Notes: generated by a model from the letters alone, not told the origin. DNA of 64,000 bases from an uncultured beta proteobacterium (GCA_903905735.1 CAIVHU010000057.1:14002-78001), one strand, 5' to 3'. Shown: positions 1 through 9,181, numbered from the stretch's first letter. Translations and numbers: made by a program.

Positions 1-1113
1 GCCACCCACGAGGTGCGGCTCGAGACTTATATTTTCAATGTGCACGGATCGGGTGAGCGGGTGGCCCAGGCGCTGCTCGACGCGGCCCGACGCGGGGTTC
101 ATGTCTATCTGGTGATGGACGGTGCGGGCACCCCAGACTTGCCGGAACCGTGGCCACAGCAGTTTGATGAGGCCGGCGTGCGCTGGCTCATCTTTTCCCC
201 GATGGGCAAATTCGGCTTGCTGGTCCCCAGTCGCTGGCGGCGTTTGCACCGCAAGCTCTGCGTGGTCGATGGCAAGCTGGCGTACTGCGGCGGCATCAAT
301 GTGCTGGATGACTGGTGGGACCCGGTCTATGGGCCATTGGAGGCACCGCGTTTTGACTTCACGGTACGCATCATTGGCCCGTTGGTGCGTGAAGTGCATG
401 CGGCCATGGCCCAATTCTGGTGGCGCTTGCGAGTGGTGCGCAGCGCACAGCAGGTGGATTGGGCAGGTGCCTGGCAGGCGCTGCAGCAGGCGGTGCAGGA
501 ACAATCTACTCCCGTTCAGGCAGCGCAGCATGGCCAGGCGGCTCTGGCGCAACTGGTGCTGCGCGACAACGTGCGCTACCGTTCTCGCATCGAGCGCGCC
601 TACAGCCAGGCGCTGGGTGAGGCGCGCAGGGATGTCATTGTGGCCAACGCCTATTTTTTGCCGAGCGGAAAAATACGCCGCGCGCTGGTGAATGCAGCCC
701 AGCGTGGTGTGCGCGTGCGCCTGTTGTTGCAGGGCCGCTACGACTACTTCATGTCGTATCACGGTACCCGCGCCTTGTATGGCGATCTGCTGGCGAGTGG
801 CGTGGAAATTTATGAATACCAAAGCAGTTTCCTGCACGCCAAGGTGGCGGTGGTTGATGACCACTGGGCCACGGTAGGCTCATCCAATATCGACCCCTTG
901 AGCCTGCTGCTGGCCCGCGAAGCCAATGTGGTGGTGTCTGATGTCGCTTTTACCACAGCCTTGCGTGCGCAGCTTGAGCAGGCTTTGGGGCAGGATGCCA
1001 CCCAACTGGACGTGCTCCAGCATGCAAACCGCTCCGTCAGCCAGAAATTGCTGGACCGCATGGCGTTGCTGCTGATGCGCGCCTTGCTGATACTGACTGG
1101 AAAGCGATATTAA
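1..1113 (+). CDS. clsB: Phospholipase D-family cardiolipin synthase (ClsB-like), 5' end cut by window edge
   Basis: Two HKD motifs (HRKLCVVDGKLAYCGGIN and HAKVAVVDDHWATVGSSNID). Collinear with E. coli ClsB from about residue 35. The frame is open back to nt 1. Confidence 0.8.
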   Translation, partial: ATHEVRLETYIFNVHGSGERVAQALLDAARRGVHVYLVMDGAGTPDLPEPWPQQFDEAGVRWLIFSPMGKFGLLVPSRWRRLHRKLCVVDGKLAYCGGINVLDDWWDPVYGPLEAPRFDFTVRIIGPLVREVHAAMAQFWWRLRVVRSAQQVDWAGAWQALQQAVQEQSTPVQAAQHGQAALAQLVLRDNVRYRSRIERAYSQALGEARRDVIVANAYFLPSGKIRRALVNAAQRGVRVRLLLQGRYDYFMSYHGTRALYGDLLASGVEIYEYQSSFLHAKVAVVDDHWATVGSSNIDPLSLLLAREANVVVSDVAFTTALRAQLEQALGQDATQLDVLQHANRSVSQKLLDRMALLLMRALLILTGKRY

Positions 1114-1117
1114 AAAT

Positions 1118-1154
1118 ATAGCAATATACCCTTTAAGGATAAGGGCTAGAGGTC
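1118..1154 (+). repeat. Copy of short AT-rich dispersed repeat (core AGC..-spacer-ATAAGGGCTAGAGG)
   Basis: atagcaatataccctttaaggataagggctagaggtc matches the reference copy at 32396-32432. Intergenic, downstream of clsB. Confidence 0.7.
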
Positions 1155-1208
1155 AATAACCTTTATAACAAAACACTGCTACTATCAGGCTTCAACCAAT
1201 CTACTTCG

Positions 1209-1919
1209 ATGCAACCCATGAACCCTGTTGACCCAGACGAAGGCACGCCGGTATCTGTCAAGATCCGTGAGCGCATTCAGGCCGCGCGCAAACGATTCCA
1301 CGCCAATGACAACATTGCAGACTTCATTCAGCCTGGCGAGTTGGATATGTTGCTTGACGAGGTCGAGGGAAAGATGAAGGGTGTGCTCAGCAGCCTGGTG
1401 ATCGACACCGAGCACGATCACAACACCGACAAAACCGCCCGGCGTGTCGCCAAGATGTACCTCAAGGAAGTCTTTCAGGGGCGTTATGTGCCCCAGCCGG
1501 CCATCACCGAATTCCCCAATGCCGAGCATTTGAACGAGCTGATGATCGTCGGTCCCATCACTGTGCGCAGTGCCTGCAGCCACCACCTGGTGCCGATTGT
1601 GGGCAAGCTCTGGATTGGCGTGCTGCCCAACGAGCACACCAACGTCATTGGCTTGTCCAAATATGCGCGGCTGGCTGAATGGATCATGGGCCGCCCTCAG
1701 ATCCAGGAAGAAGCGGTGGTGCAACTGGCCGACCTGATCCAGCGAAAAACCCAGCCCGATGGCCTGGCCATCGTCATGGAAGCCACACACTTTTGCGTGG
1801 GCTGGCGCGGTGTGAAAGATTTGGACAGCAAGATGATCAACTCGGTCATGCGCGGCAGTTTCCTCAAGGATGCCAACTTGCGCCGTGAGTTCCTGTCTTT
1901 GATTCCCCAGAAAGGTTGA
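1209..1919 (+). CDS. folE: GTP cyclohydrolase I (type IA)
   Basis: Collinear with E. coli FolE: RRVAKMYLKEVFQG, SACSHHLVPIVG (Zn/catalytic CxHH), VIGLSKYARL..RPQIQE, HFCVGWRG. Confidence 0.85.
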   Translation: MQPMNPVDPDEGTPVSVKIRERIQAARKRFHANDNIADFIQPGELDMLLDEVEGKMKGVLSSLVIDTEHDHNTDKTARRVAKMYLKEVFQGRYVPQPAITEFPNAEHLNELMIVGPITVRSACSHHLVPIVGKLWIGVLPNEHTNVIGLSKYARLAEWIMGRPQIQEEAVVQLADLIQRKTQPDGLAIVMEATHFCVGWRGVKDLDSKMINSVMRGSFLKDANLRREFLSLIPQKG

Positions 1920-1921
1920 TC

Positions 1922-2344
1922 ATGTTGGTACGTTTGCTTTACGCCAGCCGGGCGGTGGATATCAGCCCTGAAACCATTGAAGCCATCCTGCACGAATGCC
2001 GCAGCCGCAACCCCGAGAGCGGCATCACCGGTGTGTTGTGTTATGGCGGTGGCATCTTCTTGCAGGTGATCGAAGGTGGCCGCATGGCCATCAGCCAGCT
2101 CTACAACCAGATCCAGCGCGATGCCCGCCACAAAGATGTTGTGCTGCTGAATTACGAGGAAATCACCGAGCGGCGCTTTGCGGGCTGGACCATGGGTGAG
2201 GTCAACATGACCCGCATCAATGCCTCCATCTTGCTTAAATATGCTGAAAAACCCGAGCTGGACCCGTATTCGGCATCGGGCAAGGTCTCCATGGCGCTGC
2301 TCGAAGAGTTGATGGCCACCGCCTCGGTGATTGGTCGAGCCTGA
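1922..2344 (+). CDS. Short BLUF-domain blue-light FAD photoreceptor
   Basis: RLLYASRA (photoactive Tyr), ITGVLCYGGGIFLQVIEG (Gln), RRFAGWTMG (Trp/Met). ATG at 1922 lies 2 nt after the folE stop (1917-1919), with aaagg as RBS. Confidence 0.85.
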   Translation: MLVRLLYASRAVDISPETIEAILHECRSRNPESGITGVLCYGGGIFLQVIEGGRMAISQLYNQIQRDARHKDVVLLNYEEITERRFAGWTMGEVNMTRINASILLKYAEKPELDPYSASGKVSMALLEELMATASVIGRA

Positions 2345-2363
2345 TCCTGCCGGATAGGTCACG

Positions 2364-3248
2364 GTGTCATGCCGCACGGCGATGGCTGGTGACCGTGTGA
2401 GTCAGCCGCTGTTGGGGTGCGACTTTTCCAGCGCGCCTAGTCGTCAGAAACCCATCGTTGTAGCCCTTGGCACCCAGTCTGATGGGCGGGTCGTGCTATC
2501 AAAATTAGTGCAACTTGCTTCCCTGGAGGCATTTGCCGACTGGCTACAACGGCCCGGGCCATGGCTCGGAGCGTTTGACTTGCCGTTTGGCTTGCCCCGT
2601 GAGTTGGTCGAAACGCTCGGCTGGCCAACCGAATGGCAGGCCTGCATCGCGCATTACAGCCAGCTGAGCCGCGAGCAGATTCGAACTACCTTTGCGGCAT
2701 TTTGTGACGCGCGTCCCGTCGGTGGCAAGTTCGCCCACCGAGCCACCGACTACCCAGCAGGCGCCAGCCCCAGCATGAAATGGGTCAACCCGCCGGTGGC
2801 TTTCATGCTGCATGCGGGTGTGCCTTTGCTGCTGAAAGCCGGTGTCATTTTGCCGGGGCTGCATCCCGGTTCGGGTAGCGGTGATGCTCAGGATGGTCAG
2901 GCGCAGCGCGTGGCGCTGGAGGCTTACCCAGGCCTGCTGGCGCGCGAGGTGCTGGGCCAGCGCAGCTACAAAAGCGACGACAAGGTGCGCCAGACCGCAG
3001 AACGGCTGATCGCCCGCAAAGACCTGATTAACGCGCTGGAGCAGGGTCAGACCCGCCTGGGTGTGCGACTGAAACTCACCCATGCTCAACGCGACGCGTT
3101 GGCCGACGATGCGCGCGGAGATTCACTGGATGCGGTGTTGTGCCTGTTGCAGGCTGCCTGGGCTCAAGCACAGTTTGCGGCAGGCGATACCCGCTACGGC
3201 TTGCCTGCGGCGATGGATCCCCTCGAAGGCTGGATCGTTACGGTCTGA
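2364..3248 (+). CDS. DUF429-like hypothetical protein
   Basis: N-terminal LLGCDFSSAP....IVVA and LEAYPG motifs resemble the DUF429 family from memory. Coding-like GC3 bias. Start uncertain (alternative ATG at 2382). Confidence 0.5.
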   Translation: MSCRTAMAGDRVSQPLLGCDFSSAPSRQKPIVVALGTQSDGRVVLSKLVQLASLEAFADWLQRPGPWLGAFDLPFGLPRELVETLGWPTEWQACIAHYSQLSREQIRTTFAAFCDARPVGGKFAHRATDYPAGASPSMKWVNPPVAFMLHAGVPLLLKAGVILPGLHPGSGSGDAQDGQAQRVALEAYPGLLAREVLGQRSYKSDDKVRQTAERLIARKDLINALEQGQTRLGVRLKLTHAQRDALADDARGDSLDAVLCLLQAAWAQAQFAAGDTRYGLPAAMDPLEGWIVTV

Positions 3249-3286
3249 TTTGGAAACGCAATGCGCCGAGTCGCGCGCCATCCAGC

Positions 3287-4123
3287 TTACAGCGGCTTGT
3301 TGATCAGCGTGTCTTCTATCTTGCCGGCCAGTTGCGAGACGGCCAGCGCTGCCGGGCAACCCGGTGTGGATTGGATCAGTAATTGACGGCGCATCACCGC
3401 CTGGCGCACCGCCGGGTCGGCCGGGATGTCGCCCATGTGGATCAGGCGCACTTTTTCACCGGGCTTGGCGACCACAAAGCGGTCCAACACTTGCTGCAAC
3501 TGAGTGGTGATGGCGCGGCCATCACCCATGCGGGCGGTCTGGTTGATCACCATGCGGATGATGCGGCGCTGTTGCTCACCCACCAGCACCTTGATGGTAG
3601 CGTAGGCATCCGTCAAAGAGGTGGGCTCCGGCGTGGCCACCACCAGCACCTCAGAGGCCAACGACACCGCGAACAACACCACGTCTGAAATGCCCGCACC
3701 GGTGTCGAGCAACACAATGTCGTAGTGCGGCAGCAACCCGGACATGATGTGCAAAAAGTCTTCGCGCACGTTGGGGGTCAGGCGAGAGTACTCCACCATG
3801 CCCGAGCCCGCCAGCAGCACCGAGAAACCGCCAGGTGCTCTCACGATGGCTTCTTCGAGCTTGGCTTTGCCAGTGAACACATCGTGCAGGGTGATCTTGG
3901 GGTACAGGTTCAGCACCACGTCCAGGTTGGCAAGACCCAGGTCGGCATCAAGCACCAGCACCTTCTGGCCCCGTTTGGCCAGGGCTGCTGCCAGGTTGGC
4001 AGAGACAAAGGTTTTGCCCACACCGCCTTTGCCACTGGTCACCGCCAGCACTTTCCCGAGCGGCTTCAGGGGCACGGGTTTGACCACTTGAGTGGCATCA
4101 GTGGGTCGAATATCGTCGTTCAT
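3287..4123 (-). CDS. MinD/ParA-family P-loop ATPase (FlhG/FleN-like)
   Basis: Deviant Walker [41 protein letters not shown]. Start codon lies 1 nt from the upstream GGDEF stop. Confidence 0.8.
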   Translation of the reverse strand: MNDDIRPTDATQVVKPVPLKPLGKVLAVTSGKGGVGKTFVSANLAAALAKRGQKVLVLDADLGLANLDVVLNLYPKITLHDVFTGKAKLEEAIVRAPGGFSVLLAGSGMVEYSRLTPNVREDFLHIMSGLLPHYDIVLLDTGAGISDVVLFAVSLASEVLVVATPEPTSLTDAYATIKVLVGEQQRRIIRMVINQTARMGDGRAITTQLQQVLDRFVVAKPGEKVRLIHMGDIPADPAVRQAVMRRQLLIQSTPGCPAALAVSQLAGKIEDTLINKPL

Positions 4124-4124
4124 G

Positions 4125-4925
4125 TCAGTTCAATCTGTTCAAAACACTACCTGATGAACCGGTAGAACCATCGTTGGCAATGCTCTCAATCCAGGCCGGG
4201 TCACCCAGCGACAGCGGACCAAACAGCAAGTTTTTTTCCTCGGCGCTGACCGCCAGCATGGGCTGTGCCTCAATACACACGCGGTTGCGTCCTTCGGACT
4301 TGGCGCGATACAACTCGATGTCGGCGCGGTCGATCCACAGTTCGGAGGTGGATCGCACCCAGCGTGGTGCAAACGCCCCGCCAATGCTGATGGTCACCCG
4401 CAACGTGACGCCGGACGGCAGCAAAACCTTCAGGGCGCCCACGGCTTCACGAATCCGCTCGGCCACCTGATGGCCATATTGGCCCTGGCAACTCGGCAAA
4501 ATGATGACAAACTCTTCGCCACCAAACCGCGCCACGGTGTCCATCGGCCGCACACAGGCCGCCAGCGTTTTGGCCACCGCCTGCAGCACCGCGTCGCCTG
4601 CGGGATGCCCGTGCTGGTCGTTGACACTCTTGAAGTGGTCAATGTCGAGCATCAACAACAGAGCCGTTTCGCCCGAGCGCGCCACCATCTCGATTTCGCG
4701 CAGCAGCACGTTCTGGAAATAACGCCGGTTGGACAGCCCGGTCAGCGGGTCTTTGAGCGACAGCTCGCTGAGTTTGTCGATCAGCGCCTGCAGGTACTGG
4801 GTGGAATCGGCGTCGATGTCGGGCAGGCTTTGCCCGCTATGCTCCAAGAGCGCGCGTGCGTCGTCGAGGCGCAATTGGCGTAAATCGACCAGAGATGATG
4901 CAGGCAATAAACTCAAGGCAGCCAC
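4125..4925 (-). CDS. GGDEF diguanylate cyclase with short uncharacterised N-terminal region
   Basis: DPLTGLSNRRYF, DIDHFKSVNDQHGHPAGD, GGEEF active site, and an RxxD I-site (RPMD) 5 residues upstream of GGEEF. Confidence 0.85.
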   Translation of the reverse strand: MAALSLLPASSLVDLRQLRLDDARALLEHSGQSLPDIDADSTQYLQALIDKLSELSLKDPLTGLSNRRYFQNVLLREIEMVARSGETALLLMLDIDHFKSVNDQHGHPAGDAVLQAVAKTLAACVRPMDTVARFGGEEFVIILPSCQGQYGHQVAERIREAVGALKVLLPSGVTLRVTISIGGAFAPRWVRSTSELWIDRADIELYRAKSEGRNRVCIEAQPMLAVSAEEKNLLFGPLSLGDPAWIESIANDGSTGSSGSVLNRLN

Positions 4926-5062
4926 TCTTGTTTGTGTGATTTTGAGTCTAACAGGTCGGGCATTTGGGTCAGCCTTACAACTGGGGGGGAATTTGTGACT
5001 TTCCTAGGTCTTTTGTGTCATGCGTGGTGACCACGTGTCCATCGGTGCGGGGGCCTTGGCGC

Positions 5063-5605
5063 ATGGCTGATCTGCGCGCTAGCCACCTGCGCTGCTGTCT
5101 GCTGGTGGTCTGCCTGGGTGGTTTGTTTGCTCCTGTTATTGGAGCTGCAGAGGCTTATTTTGCAAGGGCTAAAAGTATTCCTGATGGTGATACCTTGTGG
5201 GTGCAGTCGACATCGGGCGGGCCGCCCCGCAAGCTGCGCCTGCAAGGCATTGATGCCCCGGAGATCTGCCAGCGTGGCGGTGTGGCCGCACGTGATGCCC
5301 TTCGCGCTCTTGTGGGGCAGCGCGAGCTGAGCATTCAGGTCAAGTACCAGGATGACTACGGACGTGGCCTGGCCCGAATCCATGTGGGTGGTCAGGACGT
5401 GGCAGCGGTGTTGGTGCAGCGTGGGCAGGCCTGGTCGAACCGCTGGCGGCGCAGTCTTGGGCCTTATGCCGCTGAGGAAGCTGCAGCGCGCCAAGCCAAA
5501 CGGGGCCTGTTTGCCGAGCCTGATCCGGAATGGCCTGGTGATTTTCGGCGGCGCAACGGCAGTTGTTACATCGCCGATGAGCGTGGCGCGTTCAAACTGA
5601 AGTAG
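5063..5605 (+). CDS. Secreted thermonuclease (staphylococcal nuclease-like)
   Basis: Signal-peptide-like N-terminus (LLVVCLGGLFAPVIGAAEA). SNase motifs DGDTLWV, LRLQGIDAPE, DDYGRGLA, KRGLF. ATG at 5063 preferred over the ORF-track start at 4964. Confidence 0.75.
   Translation: MADLRASHLRCCLLVVCLGGLFAPVIGAAEAYFARAKSIPDGDTLWVQSTSGGPPRKLRLQGIDAPEICQRGGVAARDALRALVGQRELSIQVKYQDDYGRGLARIHVGGQDVAAVLVQRGQAWSNRWRRSLGPYAAEEAAARQAKRGLFAEPDPEWPGDFRRRNGSCYIADERGAFKLK
5142..5176 (+). repeat. Intragenic copy of the short AT-rich dispersed repeat (inside the nuclease signal-peptide region)
   Basis: gagctgcagaggcttattttgcaagggctaaaagt versus reference agctgtcagcgcttaatttataagggctagaagc. Translated as GAAEAYFARAKS. 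Confidence 0.55.
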
Positions 5606-6350
5606 CTTGCCCGCACACCGGGCAAGCCGGGTTGCGTTGGATGCGCACTTCCGTGAAAGCCATGGCGCGGCCATCGAGCATCAGCAAGCGCCCAGTGAGC
5701 GGCTGGCCAATGCCGCAGATCAGTTTGAGCGCTTCGGCGGCTTGCAGCGTGCCGATGATGCCCACCAGCGGCGCAAACACGCCCATGGTGGCGCAGCGGG
5801 TTTCTTCCAGCGTTTCGTCGGGCGGGAACAGACAGGCATAGCAGGGTGAGGCAGCATCCCGCTGGTCATACACACACACCTGGCCGTCCATGCGGATGGC
5901 TGCCCCGGACACCAACGGTTTGTGATGGGCCACGCAGGCGGCATTGATGGCGTGGCGGGTGGCAAAGTTGTCGCAGCAGTCCAGCACCACGTCGGCTTGC
6001 GCCACCAGCGTGTCTAGCAAGGCCGCATCGGCGCGGGTCTGGAGGGCGGTGACGGCCACCTGGCTGTTGATTTCAGCCATCGCGGTTTTTAATGAATCGA
6101 CCTTGGGCTGGCCCACGCGCGCCTCGGTGTGGGCAATCTGCCGCTGCAGGTTCGTGACATCGACGGTGTCGTCATCCACCACCGTGATGTGCCCGAACCC
6201 GGCAGAACTCAAGTACAGCGCTACCGGTGAGCACAGCCCACCGGCACCAATGATCAGCGCGTGCGCCTGAAGGATGCGCTCTTGCCCCTCAATACCAATC
6301 TCATTGAGCAGGATGTGGCGCGAGTACCGCAGCAGGTCGTCGTCAAGCAT
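5592..6350 (-). CDS. moeB: Molybdopterin-synthase adenylyltransferase (MoeB/ThiF family)
   Basis: RYSRHILL, nucleotide-binding IIGAGGLCSPVALYL, DxxNLQRQ, and Zn cysteine pairs CYACLFP / CPVCG. Confidence 0.75.
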   Translation of the reverse strand: MLDDDLLRYSRHILLNEIGIEGQERILQAHALIIGAGGLCSPVALYLSSAGFGHITVVDDDTVDVTNLQRQIAHTEARVGQPKVDSLKTAMAEINSQVAVTALQTRADAALLDTLVAQADVVLDCCDNFATRHAINAACVAHHKPLVSGAAIRMDGQVCVYDQRDAASPCYACLFPPDETLEETRCATMGVFAPLVGIIGTLQAAEALKLICGIGQPLTGRLLMLDGRAMAFTEVRIQRNPACPVCGQATSV

Positions 6351-6365
6351 CTGCTGGCGCGTCGA

Positions 6366-7835
6366 TCAGTTGTCTTTTTTCTCTTCGGCGCGTTCCACCT
6401 GGGTCTTGCTGACCAGCACCGGCAGGCCTTTGAGCTGCAGAATGGCTTGCTGTAACTGGAAGTCCTTGTCAGAGCCGTATTCGGGCAACTTGCGTTCAGA
6501 GGCCGGCTTTTTCATCTCTTCTTCGAGCCGTTTGCGTGCTTCGTCGCGCTCTTTTTCTTGGGTCACATCCTTGACCTCGGCGCCTTGTCCGCTGCTCAGG
6601 TGCTTTTCCAGATCGGCCTCGCGCGTGCGCAGGGCGGCATACAGGTTGCCTTGTTCGGTTTCATCCACCATCACATCAGGCACGATGCCTTTGGCCTGGA
6701 TCGACTTGCCGCTGGGGGTGTAGTAGCGGCTGGTGGTGAGCTTGAGCGCTGCGGTCGGGCAGTTGTCCATGCGGAAGGCCGAATCCAGACACACGGCGGT
6801 CTGCACCGAGCCCTTGCCAAAGGTCTGGCTGCCCAGTAATTTGGCACGGTGGTGGTCTTGCAAGGCACCGGCCACAATCTCGCTGGCCGAGGCCGAGCCT
6901 TCGTTCACCAGCAAGACCAAAGGCACGGTTCTGAGCGCCTGCCGGGTCGCAGGGTCGAGTTGATCCAGCGGATCGTCACCATGGCGGGCATAGAACTGCG
7001 GAGAGGCCTTGTAAGTGAATTTGCTTTCCGGCAACTGCCCATTGGCCGACACGACAGTGACGTTTTCTGGCAGGAACGCTGCCGAAATTGCCACTGCTGC
7101 ATCCAGGTAGCCACCCGGGTCATTGCGCAGATCCAGCACCAGACCCTTCAGATTGGGTTCCTGCTTGTACATGTCTTCCACCTTGTGCGCAAAGTCAGCC
7201 ACCGTGCGCTCCTGGAACTGGCTCAGCCGCACCCAGCCGTAGCCCGGCTCGACAATTCGCGCCTTGACGCTCTGTGTCTTGATCACTTCACGCGTGATGC
7301 TCACGTCAAAAGTGCGGTTCTCATCTTTTCGGTAAATGCTGAGCAGCACCGAGGTGTCGGGCTCGCCACGCATGCGCTTGACACCTTCGTTGAGGGTCAG
7401 CCCCTTGACGGGTGTGTTGTCAATTTTGACGATCAGGTCGCCCGGCTTGAGTCCGGCCTTGAAAGCGGGCGAGTCTTCAATGGGCGAGACGATCTTGATG
7501 TAGCCGTCTTCCTGCGAAATCTCGATGCCAACCCCGACAAACTTGCCGGTGGTGCCCTCATTGAAATCTTTCAGGGCTTTCTGATCCAGATACACGGAAT
7601 GCGGGTCCAGGCCCGCCACCATGCCTGCAATGGCATCGGTGATGAGCTTTTTCTCGTCCACCGGCTCCACATAGTTGCTTTTGATCATGCTGAAAACGGC
7701 CGCGAGTTGCTGCAGCTCCTCCAGGGGCAGCGGTGCCAGTGAGCCCCGCGCCGCTGTTTGAAACGAGATGCTGGCCAGCGCGCCAGCCAGCGCACCAGCA
7801 GACAGCAGACCGACAATTTTCATTTTTTGACCCAT
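6366..7835 (-). CDS. ctpA: Carboxy-terminal processing protease (S41) with PDZ domain
   Basis: PDZ segment (SPAFKAGLKPGDLIVKID), S41 catalytic region LVNEGSASASEIVAGALQD, and a signal-like MKIVGLLSAGALAGALA. The ORF-track N-terminal extension to 7979 would overlap gpmA, so ATG at 7835 is used. Confidence 0.85.
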   Translation of the reverse strand: MGQKMKIVGLLSAGALAGALASISFQTAARGSLAPLPLEELQQLAAVFSMIKSNYVEPVDEKKLITDAIAGMVAGLDPHSVYLDQKALKDFNEGTTGKFVGVGIEISQEDGYIKIVSPIEDSPAFKAGLKPGDLIVKIDNTPVKGLTLNEGVKRMRGEPDTSVLLSIYRKDENRTFDVSITREVIKTQSVKARIVEPGYGWVRLSQFQERTVADFAHKVEDMYKQEPNLKGLVLDLRNDPGGYLDAAVAISAAFLPENVTVVSANGQLPESKFTYKASPQFYARHGDDPLDQLDPATRQALRTVPLVLLVNEGSASASEIVAGALQDHHRAKLLGSQTFGKGSVQTAVCLDSAFRMDNCPTAALKLTTSRYYTPSGKSIQAKGIVPDVMVDETEQGNLYAALRTREADLEKHLSSGQGAEVKDVTQEKERDEARKRLEEEMKKPASERKLPEYGSDKDFQLQQAILQLKGLPVLVSKTQVERAEEKKDN

Positions 7836-7923
7836 TTTTGTTCCAGAGCGTGAGGATGCGACGTGAATTGAGCCGGTTGGATCATGAACCAAGGCAAGGG
7901 TTCCTGCGCGTACCCACCAAATT

Positions 7924-8667
7924 TCAGGTTTTACCTTGCGCCGCCACGGCGGCGGCGGCTTTCGCGGCGGCCTCAGCATCCCCTAGATAGTAGTGGCGAA
8001 TCGGTTTCAGGTCGTCGTCAAGCTCATAAACCAGTGGAATGCCATTGGGGATGTTGAGGCCAACGATGTCGTCGTCGGAAATGTTGTCCAGGTATTTCAC
8101 CAGCGCACGAATGGAATTGCCGTGCGCCGCCACCACCACGCGTTTGCCCAGTTTGATGGCCGGGGCCAGCGCCTCGTTCCAGAACGGCATGACGCGCGCC
8201 ACCGTGTCTTTGAGGCATTCTGTCAGCGGAACCTGGTCAGGCTGCAGCTTGGCGTAACGGATGTCGCTGCGCTCACAGCGTGGGTCGGTGGCCTCCAGTG
8301 CAGGTGGTGGCGTGTCGTAGCTGCGCCGCCACAGCAACACCTGGGCATCGCCGTATTTTTTGGCTGTATCGGCCTTGTTCAGGCCTTGCAGCGCACCGTA
8401 ATGACGCTCGTTGAGTCGCCAGCTGTTGACCACCGGCAACCAGGTGCGGTCCATTTCGTCAAGCACATGCCACAGGGTGCGGGTGGCACGTTTGAGAACG
8501 CTGGTGTAACACACGTCAAACTCATAACCTTCGGCTTTGAGCAGGCGACCAGAGTTCTTGGCCTGCTCCAGCCCCAGGGGGGTGAGGTCGACATCGGTCC
8601 AGCCGGTGAAGCGGTTTTCAAGGTTCCATGTGGATTCGCCGTGGCGGATAAGTACGAGTTTGTGCAT
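7924..8667 (-). CDS. gpmA: 2,3-bisphosphoglycerate-dependent phosphoglycerate mutase
   Basis: [25 protein letters not shown] and the C-terminal [10 protein letters not shown] motif. Confidence 0.95.
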   Translation of the reverse strand: MHKLVLIRHGESTWNLENRFTGWTDVDLTPLGLEQAKNSGRLLKAEGYEFDVCYTSVLKRATRTLWHVLDEMDRTWLPVVNSWRLNERHYGALQGLNKADTAKKYGDAQVLLWRRSYDTPPPALEATDPRCERSDIRYAKLQPDQVPLTECLKDTVARVMPFWNEALAPAIKLGKRVVVAAHGNSIRALVKYLDNISDDDIVGLNIPNGIPLVYELDDDLKPIRHYYLGDAEAAAKAAAAVAAQGKT

Positions 8668-8750
8668 GGTTTCCCAAAGGTGATCTGAGTTGTCGTTGCT
8701 GTCATTCTAAAATGCTCGGCTAAGGTCACATTGATACATAAGGATTGCAA

Positions 8751-9158
8751 GTGAAATTTATTCTCGACAACTGGATGATGATTGCCGTGGCGCTGTCCGC
8801 CGGGGGCATGCTGCTTTGGCCCGTGATCAGTGGTGGCGGGCCCGGCGCGCTGACGGCTGAGGGCGCGGTGCAACTCATCAACCGTGAAAAAGCGGTGGTG
8901 ATTGACGTGTGCGAGTCCAGCGAATTTGCTGCAGGCCATGTGGTGGGTGCCAAAAATATTCCCCTGAGCCAGTTGGAAAACAAACTGGCTGGCACGGTCA
9001 AAAACAAGGCCTTGCCGGTGATTTTGGTGTGCCAGTCCGGCGCGCGCAGCAGCCGGGCGGTGCACATTGCCAAAAAGCTGGGGTTCGAGAACGCCCATTC
9101 CCTGTCTGGTGGCATGGGTGCCTGGCGCTCGGCGAACCTGCCAGTCGAAAAAGCCTAA
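8751..9158 (+). CDS. Membrane-anchored rhodanese-domain sulfurtransferase
   Basis: N-terminal TM helix. Rhodanese active-site loop VCQSGARSSRA. GTG at 8751 follows aagga; TTG at 8745 is an alternative start. Confidence 0.8.
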   Translation: MKFILDNWMMIAVALSAGGMLLWPVISGGGPGALTAEGAVQLINREKAVVIDVCESSEFAAGHVVGAKNIPLSQLENKLAGTVKNKALPVILVCQSGARSSRAVHIAKKLGFENAHSLSGGMGAWRSANLPVEKA

Positions 9159-9181
9159 CTTTCTGCGATTGGGAAACTTTC

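Noticed and set aside
7836-7979. N-terminal extension of the ctpA ORF overlapping gpmA
   Set aside because: The extension ([15 protein letters not shown]...) precedes an obvious signal peptide that starts at the internal Met, and it would overlap the 3' end of gpmA.
8909-9181. Upstream 91 codons of ORF 8909..9442
   Set aside because: This part overlaps the rhodanese gene in another frame. Only the C-terminal 87 codons match glutaredoxin, and they have their own ATG.
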